Below, piece after piece: positions 18,376 through 26,913 of a DNA stretch of 64,000 nucleotides. Position 1 is the stretch's first letter; each line of letters begins with the position of its first letter. Position numbers and translations under genes: made by a program. The notes beneath the pieces are model-generated. The model made no database searches, was not told the DNA's origin, and saw nothing but the letters and a program-made list of their open reading frames with translations. The DNA is from Patescibacteria group bacterium (lineage in GTDB: Bacteria; Patescibacteriota; Minisyncoccia; Phycocordibacterales; XYD1-FULL-46-19): positions 8,157-72,156 of the forward strand of contig JAKJEI010000001.1 in NCBI GenBank assembly GCA_022705505.1, written 5' to 3'.

Positions 18376-19133
18376 CAAAGGACGAACGGAAATACTTAGA
18401 TTGGCTCAAAAAAGACAAATATGACGGCCAGGCAAGAGCGGCCAGCCTCGCGGTTGATTTGGGTCGGTTGCGCGCGGGCGAACCGCTTGATTATGTCATT
18501 GGTTGGCGTCCGTTTTTGGGTTGTAAGATTGTTTTGACTGAACGGCCACTCATTCCGCGAGAAGAAACTGAATATTGGGCCAAAGAGGCGATTGAGGAAA
18601 TTAAAAAAGACAAACGACCGAAAATAAAATGCTTGGACATTTTTACCGGTTCCGGCTGTGTTGGGCTGGCAGTTTTAGCCAACGCAAAAAACACGGTTGT
18701 AACTTTTGCCGACAAAAGTCCGCGGGCGTTAAAATCGGTCAGAAAAAATTTAAAAGTGAATAGTTTCCAAATCGGGTCCCATCGCGCCAAGGTGGTGGAA
18801 AGTGACGTTTTTTCCGGTCTCTCCGACCAATTTGACTATATTTTTGCCAACCCGCCTTATATTCCGCTGGGTCGGAAATTGCCGGAGTCGGTTTCGCGAT
18901 ATGAGCCGCGCGAGGCTTTGCGCGCCGGCCGAGATGGTCTGCTATTTATCAAGCGGTTTCTTGTCCAGGCTCCTGCTCATTTGGTGGAGGGTGGTAAAAT
19001 CTATTTAGAGTTTGGTTATGGCCAAAAAAAAGCAGTTGACATTCTTTTGAAAAAAATCGGTTTTGGTTCTTGGGTTTTTGGCAAGGACCAATTTGGTCGT
19101 TGCCGTTTTGCAATAATCAAAAATTCACGCTAG
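18372..19133 (+). CDS. prmC: release factor glutamine N5-methyltransferase
   Basis: GWRPFLGCKIVLTERPLIPR.ETE...FANPPYIP (NPPY motif). Overlaps the upstream gene by 4 nt. Confidence 0.85.
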   Translation: MTKDERKYLDWLKKDKYDGQARAASLAVDLGRLRAGEPLDYVIGWRPFLGCKIVLTERPLIPREETEYWAKEAIEEIKKDKRPKIKCLDIFTGSGCVGLAVLANAKNTVVTFADKSPRALKSVRKNLKVNSFQIGSHRAKVVESDVFSGLSDQFDYIFANPPYIPLGRKLPESVSRYEPREALRAGRDGLLFIKRFLVQAPAHLVEGGKIYLEFGYGQKKAVDILLKKIGFGSWVFGKDQFGRCRFAIIKNSR

Positions 19134-19298
19134 AATAATAAAAAGAAGCTATGAAAAATTACGCCAAAGTAGGAGGCAAAATCAACCGGCCCGGTTATCG
19201 GACGCCATCCACTTTTAAAATCAAGCAGAACCAAAAAGTTGAAAAACGGCGAATTCGTAATTTTAAACCAAAATAAAAAACTAATAATTTAAAAAATT

Positions 19299-20033
19299 AT
19301 GAATAACGACAACTTTAAAAATTCTACAATTTCACTCGGTCTCATTTTGGGCATCAGTTTGATTATTAGCACTCTAATTGGAGCTTATTCTTTTTATCGG
19401 GTGCGATCGTTTGATAATGCTTTGTCGGTGACCGGTTCAGCCAAACAGGCGGTAGTCGCTGATTCGGTTAAGTGGATTGCTTCTTTTAACCGAACAGTTG
19501 AGCTTGGCAATATGAAGTCGGGTTATGACCAAATGGAGCGCGACCTGGTAGCGGTCAAAAAGTTTTATTTGGCCAAAGGTTTTAAGGATGAAAATTTAAA
19601 TATCTCCCCGGTTTTTATGGATGAAGTTTGGGACCCCAATAATCGCGGCGATGCCAAGCGTTATGTTTTGCGTCGGACGGTGGAAGTCAGTTCAAACGAA
19701 GTTGAACGTATTTCCGAGGTGGCAAACAACAACGGAGAATTAATTGAAGCCGGCGTTATTTTCTCTACGCAATCACTACAATATTTTTATTCCAAACTAC
19801 CAGACCTGCGCGTATCGCTTTTGGCTTCCGCCATCGCCGACGCAAAAGCGCGAGCTGGTGAAATTGCCAAAGCCGGCGGGAAGAAGGTCGGTGACTTAAA
19901 GGCGGCCTCCAGCGGAGTGGTCCAAGTTTTGTCTGAAAACTCCGTTGAAGTTTCTGACTATGGGGCTTACGATACCTCAAACATCAATAAAGAAGTAATG
20001 GTTACGGTCAAGGCGACCTTCTATTTGAGATAG
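19299..20033 (+). CDS. SIMPL domain (DUF541) protein, secreted
   Basis: N-terminal TM/signal segment and YggE-like pattern (LLASAIADAKARAGEIAKAGGKKVGDLKAAS). Confidence 0.7.
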   Translation: MNNDNFKNSTISLGLILGISLIISTLIGAYSFYRVRSFDNALSVTGSAKQAVVADSVKWIASFNRTVELGNMKSGYDQMERDLVAVKKFYLAKGFKDENLNISPVFMDEVWDPNNRGDAKRYVLRRTVEVSSNEVERISEVANNNGELIEAGVIFSTQSLQYFYSKLPDLRVSLLASAIADAKARAGEIAKAGGKKVGDLKAASSGVVQVLSENSVEVSDYGAYDTSNINKEVMVTVKATFYLR

Positions 20034-20100
20034 ACTAATCTTTATTTTCTTGCTATTTTTAAGCGCTAGAGTGTCACATAAGGACACTTAAAACGTTATT

Positions 20101-20667
20101 ATGAAAGAGGAAGAAAAAATCAGGGACTTGGTAAATAAGGCCCAAAATGGCGATGACCACGCTTTTGCCGAGATTTACGGGCGTTATTTTACGCCCATTT
20201 ACCGCTTTATCTATTTTAAGGTGGGCAATCGCGAAGAGGCCGAAGATTTAACCCAAACGGTTTTTATGAAGGTTTTCAAGTCGCTTGATAGGTTCCGCTT
20301 CCGAGACAACCCCTTTAGCTCGTGGCTTTATCGGATTGCGAATAATATGGTCATTGATTTCTTCCGTAAAAAAAAGAGTTTGCCGCTCTTGGACGAAAAT
20401 CCGGAAGACTGGCAACTTGAGTTTGCCGATGATGCCTTGAACCCAGTTGAAGAAGCCGAAGAGCTGGAATTGGCATGGTCAGCGAGACAAGCGATAGCCG
20501 AAATGAAGGACCCTGACCGTCAAGTGCTTGTAATGCGCTATATTGACGGTTTGTCCTATAAAGACATTGCCGAAACAATAGGGAAAACGGAGGAGGCTGT
20601 CAGACAAATTAGTTCGCGTTCCATTCGGGCGCTCAAGATGATTTTTAAAAACAAGGGGCTATTATAG
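20101..20667 (+). CDS. RNA polymerase sigma-70 factor, ECF subfamily
   Basis: Region 2 (YRFIYFKVGNREEAEDLTQTVFMKVFKSLDRFR...FSSWLYRIANNMVIDFFRKK) and region 4 (MRYIDGLSYKDIAETIGKTEEAVRQISSRSIRALK). Confidence 0.85.
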   Translation: MKEEEKIRDLVNKAQNGDDHAFAEIYGRYFTPIYRFIYFKVGNREEAEDLTQTVFMKVFKSLDRFRFRDNPFSSWLYRIANNMVIDFFRKKKSLPLLDENPEDWQLEFADDALNPVEEAEELELAWSARQAIAEMKDPDRQVLVMRYIDGLSYKDIAETIGKTEEAVRQISSRSIRALKMIFKNKGLL

Positions 20668-20671
20668 AATC

Positions 20672-21085
20672 ATGGAAAACGAAGAGAAAAAATTGAATAA
20701 AATGTTCGCCGTCTTGCGACAGGCGTCCAGGCCGCGACCGGAACTTCTCCGGCGGATTTTGGCTGATTTGAACAAGCCGGTATCGTCACCATTCTTCTTT
20801 ACTGATTTTATCAAGCGTCGCAGCTTCTTGTCTTTTTCAGTGATGACTATGGCTGTTCTCTTTTTGGTTGTTTTTGGTCAAAATCTGGGTCCGGCGGGAG
20901 ATCCGTTTGCCGATAGCCAATCTGTTCACGCGCAAATTATTCGCGAGGTGGACAAGGTGATTGAATCTGGTTTTGCCGGCGAGCTTGAGATTTTGGCGGC
21001 TGAAGACGCCTTGGCGGCCGAGATCGGAACAGATGATTTTTTGCAAGATTTAAACAGTTTGGAAAATGAATTATTATTGCCTTAA
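20672..21085 (+). CDS. candidate anti-sigma factor (single-TM protein immediately downstream of the ECF sigma)
   Basis: 137 aa with a cytoplasmic N-terminus and one TM helix (FLSFSVMTMAVLFLVVFG). Assignment is inferred from position only. Confidence 0.35.
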   Translation: MENEEKKLNKMFAVLRQASRPRPELLRRILADLNKPVSSPFFFTDFIKRRSFLSFSVMTMAVLFLVVFGQNLGPAGDPFADSQSVHAQIIREVDKVIESGFAGELEILAAEDALAAEIGTDDFLQDLNSLENELLLP

Positions 21086-21929
21086 AAAATTTTTAATATT
21101 TATTTTTGTTTTCTTGCCAGTTGTCAATTTTGCTCCTTTGGCCCTGGCGGCTGAAGAGGCCATGGCTTTTTCGTTGCCGAATTTTTTGCAATTTTCCGCG
21201 CTTGCTCCGACTCCAAATGGCACAACCTCAACCACCACTCGGCTTGCCTCAACGACTATCGCGACTAGCACCGCGACAACAACCGAATTTACACCTGAAG
21301 AATTTTGCCAAAAACTGGATGAGGCGGTCACTAAATTGGAAGCCAGCTATTCTGAGAGGCGGCAAGCCATCAGCGCGAATATTGATGAACAAAACAAAAA
21401 GCTTCAAGAAGAACGGCAAAAATATGATGACCAACGTTCTTGGCTTAGAACGCGTCAAGATTATTACTTGAAGGTTTACTTTATGCGCCTCAGTCAGTTG
21501 GCCGAAACTGAAATACAAGAAAAAGGGATAGAACAATACAAAAAAGACGTCGTGGCTGCTTTGGCAGAGCGTCGCGCTTTGACCGACCTGGCGCTGGAGG
21601 AATATCGCCAAGATTTAGACAATCTTAAGATGAGCAAGATTACGGAAATGGAAACTCGTCTGATTGGCGATGAAGAAAAATTAAATGGAGAAATTCAAAA
21701 AGCGGCCGAAACTTGCGAGGTGGGGGACGTAATTAAGGCAGAAAACAGTTTACAAAATCGCTTATTCAAATTGCGTCAAGAACGAGAGAAAATTTTTAAA
21801 GATGTCAATGGAGCTGGACGCGCGATTATCGCTGAACGCGACCGCAAAGTCGCGGAAGCTGAAGTTAAATACAAAAAGGCCGTGGAATTGGCGAAAGAAA
21901 ATCTGGTCAAATTTTTGACGGCAGAATAA
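21066..21929 (+). CDS. secreted coiled-coil protein with Thr-rich linker, hypothetical
   Basis: Signal/TM segment, a TTSTTTRLASTTIATSTATTTE stretch, then a long heptad-like region. Confidence 0.4.
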   Translation: MNYYCLKKFLIFIFVFLPVVNFAPLALAAEEAMAFSLPNFLQFSALAPTPNGTTSTTTRLASTTIATSTATTTEFTPEEFCQKLDEAVTKLEASYSERRQAISANIDEQNKKLQEERQKYDDQRSWLRTRQDYYLKVYFMRLSQLAETEIQEKGIEQYKKDVVAALAERRALTDLALEEYRQDLDNLKMSKITEMETRLIGDEEKLNGEIQKAAETCEVGDVIKAENSLQNRLFKLRQEREKIFKDVNGAGRAIIAERDRKVAEAEVKYKKAVELAKENLVKFLTAE

Positions 21930-22056
21930 AAAAATGTCTAAAAGTAACCGCCGGGTCAACACGTTGACCCGGCGGTTACTTTTATTTTTGAAATGGGTTA
22001 TAATAAAGAGAATTATTAGCCTTAAGAAATTTTTTAACAATTAATATCAGTATTTT

Positions 22057-24528
22057 ATGTCTGACGAAAACAAACAGTCAACCAATCGGTCAAAGGCGTA
22101 TATCTTGTGGTTTAAAGATTTATCAATCGTTGACGTGCCATTAGTTGGCGGTAAAAATGCCGCTTTGGGAGAAATGGTCAACAACCTTATGCCTTTGGGG
22201 GTGCGTTTGCCGGACGGCTTTGCCATTACCGCTCACGCTTATAATTATTTTTTGACCAGAACCAACTTGAAGGAAAAGATAAAAAATATTTTAGAAGGTT
22301 TGGACACGCACAATGTGGCCGACTTGCAAAAAAGAGGCGCCTTAATCAGAGGAATGATTTTGAAAGAAGATATACCGTCTGATTTAGAGGCTGAAATTTT
22401 GGCCGCTTATCGACAAATGTCTGAGCAGCTTTACCAAACCAAAAATGTGGATGTGGCCGTGCGTTCTTCGGCAACCGCGGAAGACTTGCCGGGCGCTTCT
22501 TTTGCCGGCCAACAAGAAACTTACCTTAATGTTTCCGGCGAAAAAGATCTTTTGAAATCAGTTAAAAAATGCTTTGCCTCGCTTTTTACAAATCGGGCTA
22601 TTTCCTATCGAGTGGACAAAGGCTTTTCTATGTTTGATGTGCTCTTGTCGGTCGGTGTCCAGAGGATGGTTCGGAGTGACCTCGGTTCGAGCGGAGTGGC
22701 TTTTTCTATTGATACGGAAACCGGCTTTAACAAAGTCGTCGTCATAAACTCGGCTTATGGTTTAGGCGAGATGGTTGTTAAGGGCGAAGTTATTCCTGAT
22801 GAGTTTGTCGTCTTTAAGCCGACTTTGGAGAAGGGCTACAAGGCGATTCTCTCTAAAACCCTTGGCGAAAAGCATGAAAAAATGATTTACGGCAAAACCG
22901 GCACTCTAAAAGTGAAAGTTAAAGAAAATGATCGTGACAAATTTAGCCTTGGCGATGATCAGATTATCCAACTGGCAACCTGGGTCACCTTGATTGAAAA
23001 ATATTTTTCCAAAAAGTACGGCCGTTACCAACCCATGGACGTTGAGTGGGCCAAAGACGGCAAAACTGGTGAATTGTTTATTGTGCAGGCCAGGCCGGAG
23101 ACGGTTCACGCCGAAGCCGACCCAAACCTTTACCGGGAATATAAATTATCCCAAAAAGGGTTGGAACTTGCCCGTGGTGTGGCGATCGGTTCTAAAATTG
23201 CCAGTGGCAAGGTGCGGGTGATTAGACAAGCCAAAGAAATGTCCACTTTCAAACCCGGTGAAATTTTAGTGACTGAAATTACCGACCCGGACTGGGAGCC
23301 CATAATGAAAATCGCGTCAGCGATCATCACCGAAAAAGGCGGGCGGACAAGTCACGCGGCAATTGTTTCGCGCGAACTAGGCGTACCGTGTGTAGTTGGC
23401 ACCGGCAATGCCACCAAGGTTCTAAAAAATGGCCAACAGATTACAGTTGACTGCTCATCTGGTCAAGAAGGTTTAATCTACAAGGGTGACTTGCCGTTTG
23501 AAGTGATTGAACACCGTCTAAATGAAATTCCGACACCGCGGACCAAGGTGACGTTAAATGTTGGCTCGCCTGAAGAGGCTATGAAAAATTACTATTTGCC
23601 GGTGGCCGGTGTTGGCTTGGGACGTTTGGAATTTATTATCACATCTTACATTAAAATCCACCCAAACGCTTTGCTTGATTTTGACAAAATCAAACGTTCT
23701 CGCGACCGCGCTTCACAAAAAATCGCAAAACAAATTGAAGCGCTGACCAAAGAATATTCCGGCAAGAACAAACAAGATTTTTACGTCAACGAGTTGACGG
23801 AGGGAATTGGAATGATCGGCGCGGCTTTTTGGCCCAATGAAGTAATTATCCGCTTTTCTGATTTTAAGACAAATGAATATCGCACTTTGATTGGCGGTGA
23901 ACTCTATGAACCGGAGGAAGAAAATCCAATGATTGGCTGGCGCGGCGCTTCTCGTTATTATGATCCAAAGTTTAAGGCGGCTTTCGCGCTTGAAGTCCAA
24001 GCCCTGGTCAAGGTCAGAAAAGAGCTGGGGCTCACCAATGTTGTGGCGATGGTGCCGTTCTGCCGCACCCTGGAAGAAGGGCAAGCGGTCGTGCAGATTA
24101 TGGCCGAAAACGGTTTAGATCGAGAGAAGAATAAAGAATTGAAAATTTATGTGATGTGTGAAATTCCTTCCAACGTTATTTTGGCAGATAAGTTTTTGGA
24201 TATTTTTGACGGTATGTCCATCGGTTCAAACGATTTAACACAGCTGGTGCTGGGGCTTGACCGAGATTCCAACATTTTGGCGCATATCGGCAACGAAAAT
24301 GATCCGTCCGTCAAAACTTTGATTGGCGCGGTGATTGAACGTTGTCGCGCGCGTGGTAAGTATGTCGGCATTTGTGGCCAAGCACCTTCGGACTATCCGG
24401 ATTTCACTGAATTCTTGGTCAAAAGCGGTATTAACAGTATGTCTCTTAACCCGGACGTAATTATTAAGATGCTTTCGGTTGTAGAACGGGCAGAGAAAAT
24501 TACCGAAGGCGTTGTAAAGAAGAATTAA
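22057..24528 (+). CDS. ppsA: phosphoenolpyruvate synthase (pyruvate, water dikinase)
   Basis: PEP/pyruvate-binding N-domain, phospho-histidine domain GGRTSHAAIVSRELGVPCVVG, and C-terminal TIM-barrel domain. Confidence 0.9.
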   Translation: MSDENKQSTNRSKAYILWFKDLSIVDVPLVGGKNAALGEMVNNLMPLGVRLPDGFAITAHAYNYFLTRTNLKEKIKNILEGLDTHNVADLQKRGALIRGMILKEDIPSDLEAEILAAYRQMSEQLYQTKNVDVAVRSSATAEDLPGASFAGQQETYLNVSGEKDLLKSVKKCFASLFTNRAISYRVDKGFSMFDVLLSVGVQRMVRSDLGSSGVAFSIDTETGFNKVVVINSAYGLGEMVVKGEVIPDEFVVFKPTLEKGYKAILSKTLGEKHEKMIYGKTGTLKVKVKENDRDKFSLGDDQIIQLATWVTLIEKYFSKKYGRYQPMDVEWAKDGKTGELFIVQARPETVHAEADPNLYREYKLSQKGLELARGVAIGSKIASGKVRVIRQAKEMSTFKPGEILVTEITDPDWEPIMKIASAIITEKGGRTSHAAIVSRELGVPCVVGTGNATKVLKNGQQITVDCSSGQEGLIYKGDLPFEVIEHRLNEIPTPRTKVTLNVGSPEEAMKNYYLPVAGVGLGRLEFIITSYIKIHPNALLDFDKIKRSRDRASQKIAKQIEALTKEYSGKNKQDFYVNELTEGIGMIGAAFWPNEVIIRFSDFKTNEYRTLIGGELYEPEEENPMIGWRGASRYYDPKFKAAFALEVQALVKVRKELGLTNVVAMVPFCRTLEEGQAVVQIMAENGLDREKNKELKIYVMCEIPSNVILADKFLDIFDGMSIGSNDLTQLVLGLDRDSNILAHIGNENDPSVKTLIGAVIERCRARGKYVGICGQAPSDYPDFTEFLVKSGINSMSLNPDVIIKMLSVVERAEKITEGVVKKN

Positions 24529-24535
24529 TCCAAGT

Positions 24536-25552
24536 ATGTCAAAGGTTATATTTTTTGAGTTAGAAGATTGGCAAAAAGATTACCTCAAGAAGAATTATCC
24601 GACGCCGGAAGATCTTGTTCTCATCGACGGCCCTCTTTTGGCTGACCGTTTGCCGGCCGAGAAGGAGACAGAGATTATTTCTGTTTTTGTTGATTCGCGT
24701 TTAGATGAAAAAGTGCTCAGCCATTTTCCTAACTTAAAATTAATCGCAACGCGTTCTACCGGTTTTGACCACATTGATTTGGATTTGTGCCGCCAGAAAG
24801 GGATTCAGGTGGCGAATGTTCCCAGTTATGGCGAAGAGACCGTCGCCGAATTCACTTTCGCGTTGATGTTGACCTTGTCGCGAAAAGTTTGTGAGAGCTA
24901 TGACCAGGTGAGGGTAACCGGCAGTTTTGGTCTGAACGGCTTGCGTGGCTTTGATTTGAATGGCAAAACCCTAGGCGTCATTGGAACCGGCCGGATTGGC
25001 CGCAACGTGATAGAAATCGCCAAGGGTTTTAATATGAATATTATCGCTTATGATAAGTTTCCCGACGAGGAATATGCCAAAAAGATGGGTTATCGTTATT
25101 TGCCGTTCGTGGAGGTGTTGACGCAAGCTGATATTGTGACTCTCCACATACCCTACACAACTGAAAATCACCACTTGTTAAACACCGAGACGATTGCTCA
25201 AATGAAAAAAGGAGCTTACCTCATCAACACCGCGCGCGGTTCTTTGGTGGAAACGGATGCCCTTTTCAAAGCGCTTAAAAATGGGCACTTGGCTGGCGCC
25301 GCGCTTGATGTTTTGGAGGAAGAGGGAATAGTCAAAGATGAGATGAATTTTTTGAGCAATAATTGGGAGGGTCCGTATGACCTCAAAACAGTGTTACAAA
25401 ATCATATGTTGGTTGACATGCCAAACGTGATCGTTACTCCGCACAACGCTTTTAATACCTGGGAGGCCCTAAAGCGGATTTTGAACACGACAATAAAAAA
25501 TATGACGGAGTTTGGCGAAGGGAGGCCGGTTAATATAGTTAGCGAAAGTTAA
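24536..25552 (+). CDS. D-isomer-specific 2-hydroxyacid dehydrogenase family protein
   Basis: NAD-binding GVIGTGRIGRNV and catalytic-region pattern (NTARG...D..AL...L.GAALDV). Confidence 0.8.
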   Translation: MSKVIFFELEDWQKDYLKKNYPTPEDLVLIDGPLLADRLPAEKETEIISVFVDSRLDEKVLSHFPNLKLIATRSTGFDHIDLDLCRQKGIQVANVPSYGEETVAEFTFALMLTLSRKVCESYDQVRVTGSFGLNGLRGFDLNGKTLGVIGTGRIGRNVIEIAKGFNMNIIAYDKFPDEEYAKKMGYRYLPFVEVLTQADIVTLHIPYTTENHHLLNTETIAQMKKGAYLINTARGSLVETDALFKALKNGHLAGAALDVLEEEGIVKDEMNFLSNNWEGPYDLKTVLQNHMLVDMPNVIVTPHNAFNTWEALKRILNTTIKNMTEFGEGRPVNIVSES

Positions 25553-25573
25553 AAGTTAAAAGTCAAAAGTTTC

Positions 25574-25600
25574 AAGGGGAGAGGCAAAACCTCTCCCCTT
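25574..25600. terminator. 11-bp perfect hairpin aaggggagagg-caaaa-cctctcccctt
   Basis: Lies 22 nt after the dehydrogenase stop. It has no strong T-tract on the + side and is T-rich on the - side. Confidence 0.4.
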
Positions 25601-25682
25601 GGGCGTGCACTCTGGCCCTTCGCTAGGTGCGAAATGCAAAATGCTATATACTATCCATTGTTATGTTTAACTATCCATTGTT

Positions 25683-26834
25683 ATGTTTAATTTTAAAATT
25701 GAGAAAAAGTCTTCCGATAGTCTGGCGCGCGCGGGAGTGATTGAAACGCCTCATGGAGTGATTGAAACGCCGGCCTTTGTCACAGTGGGAACCAAGGCGA
25801 CGGTTAAAGCTCTTACGCCGGAAATGGTTGCGTCGCTTGGCGCGTCGGTGGTTTTGGCCAATACTTACCATCTTTACCTTCAGCCAGGGGACGAGCTAGT
25901 CAAGGCGGCTGGCGGCTTGCACCAGTTTATGAATTGGCCTGGCCCAATGATGACTGACTCCGGCGGATTCCAAGTTTTTTCACTTGGCGCCGCCTTCGGC
26001 GAAGGCGGCGTTTCAAAATTTGTGAGTGGCCATGATCCAAACAAAAAGTCCAAAGAACAAGCAGGAAATATTGCCAAGTTGGCGAAAATTGACGAAGATG
26101 GAGTTGCTTTTCAATCACACATTGATGGGAGCGCTCATCGTTTAACTCCAGAGAGGTCAATGCAAATCCAACACAACTTGGGCGCGGATATTATTTTTGC
26201 GTTTGACGAATGCACTTCTCCCTTGGCGCCTTATGATTATCAAAAAGAAGCGATGGAGCGCACCCATCGTTGGGCCAAACGGTCGTTGGATGAACACAAG
26301 CGCCTTGGCGGGCCACAGGCTTTGTTTGGGATAGTTCAGGGGGGACGCCATCAAGATTTACGCCAAGAATCATCGCGAGTGATTGGGGGAATGGATTTTG
26401 CCGGCTTTGGAATTGGCGGTTCGTTTAATAAAGAAGATATGGGCACGGCGGTTAGTTGGGTGAGCCAAAATTTACCTGAAAATAAACCAAGACATCTTTT
26501 GGGGATTGGCGAACCGGAAGACATTATCGCGGGAGTCAAGAGCGGCGCTGACACTTTTGATTGTGTCGCGCCAACTCGAATGGCTCGTAACGGCGCATTG
26601 CTAACTGCCCGAGGACGGTTAAATATTTTAAACGCTTCTTGTCGTTGCGATCTGGCGCCGATAGAAGAAGGATGTGGTTGCTATACTTGCCAAAATTATT
26701 CTCGCGCCTATCTCGCGCACCTGTTTCGCGCTAAGGAAATGTTGGCGGCGACCTTGGCTTCAATCCACAATCTGTATTATTTGATTAATCTAACGAAAAG
26801 GATTAGAAGAGATGTTTTAGAGGGTAGGTTGTAA
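25683..26834 (+). CDS. tgt: queuine tRNA-ribosyltransferase
   Basis: ARAGVIETPHGVIETPAFV.VGTKATVKAL..., LGIGEPED, CVAPTRMARNG and a C-terminal zinc site (CRCDLAPIEEGCGCYTC). Confidence 0.9.
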   Translation: MFNFKIEKKSSDSLARAGVIETPHGVIETPAFVTVGTKATVKALTPEMVASLGASVVLANTYHLYLQPGDELVKAAGGLHQFMNWPGPMMTDSGGFQVFSLGAAFGEGGVSKFVSGHDPNKKSKEQAGNIAKLAKIDEDGVAFQSHIDGSAHRLTPERSMQIQHNLGADIIFAFDECTSPLAPYDYQKEAMERTHRWAKRSLDEHKRLGGPQALFGIVQGGRHQDLRQESSRVIGGMDFAGFGIGGSFNKEDMGTAVSWVSQNLPENKPRHLLGIGEPEDIIAGVKSGADTFDCVAPTRMARNGALLTARGRLNILNASCRCDLAPIEEGCGCYTCQNYSRAYLAHLFRAKEMLAATLASIHNLYYLINLTKRIRRDVLEGRL

Positions 26835-26913
26835 GACGGAAAATGGTGGAGGTTGACCGTTGTCCAGCTTGTTCGTGATTTTATTTTTCATTATCTTGTG
26901 TTAAGCTTGCCGT

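Noticed and set aside
25729-25770. Apparent tandem repeat GVIETPHGVIETP at the Tgt N-terminus as a possible duplication artefact
   Set aside because: Tgt orthologs naturally carry two similar G-x-I-E/R-TP segments at this position. It is an intrinsic sequence feature, not a recent duplication.
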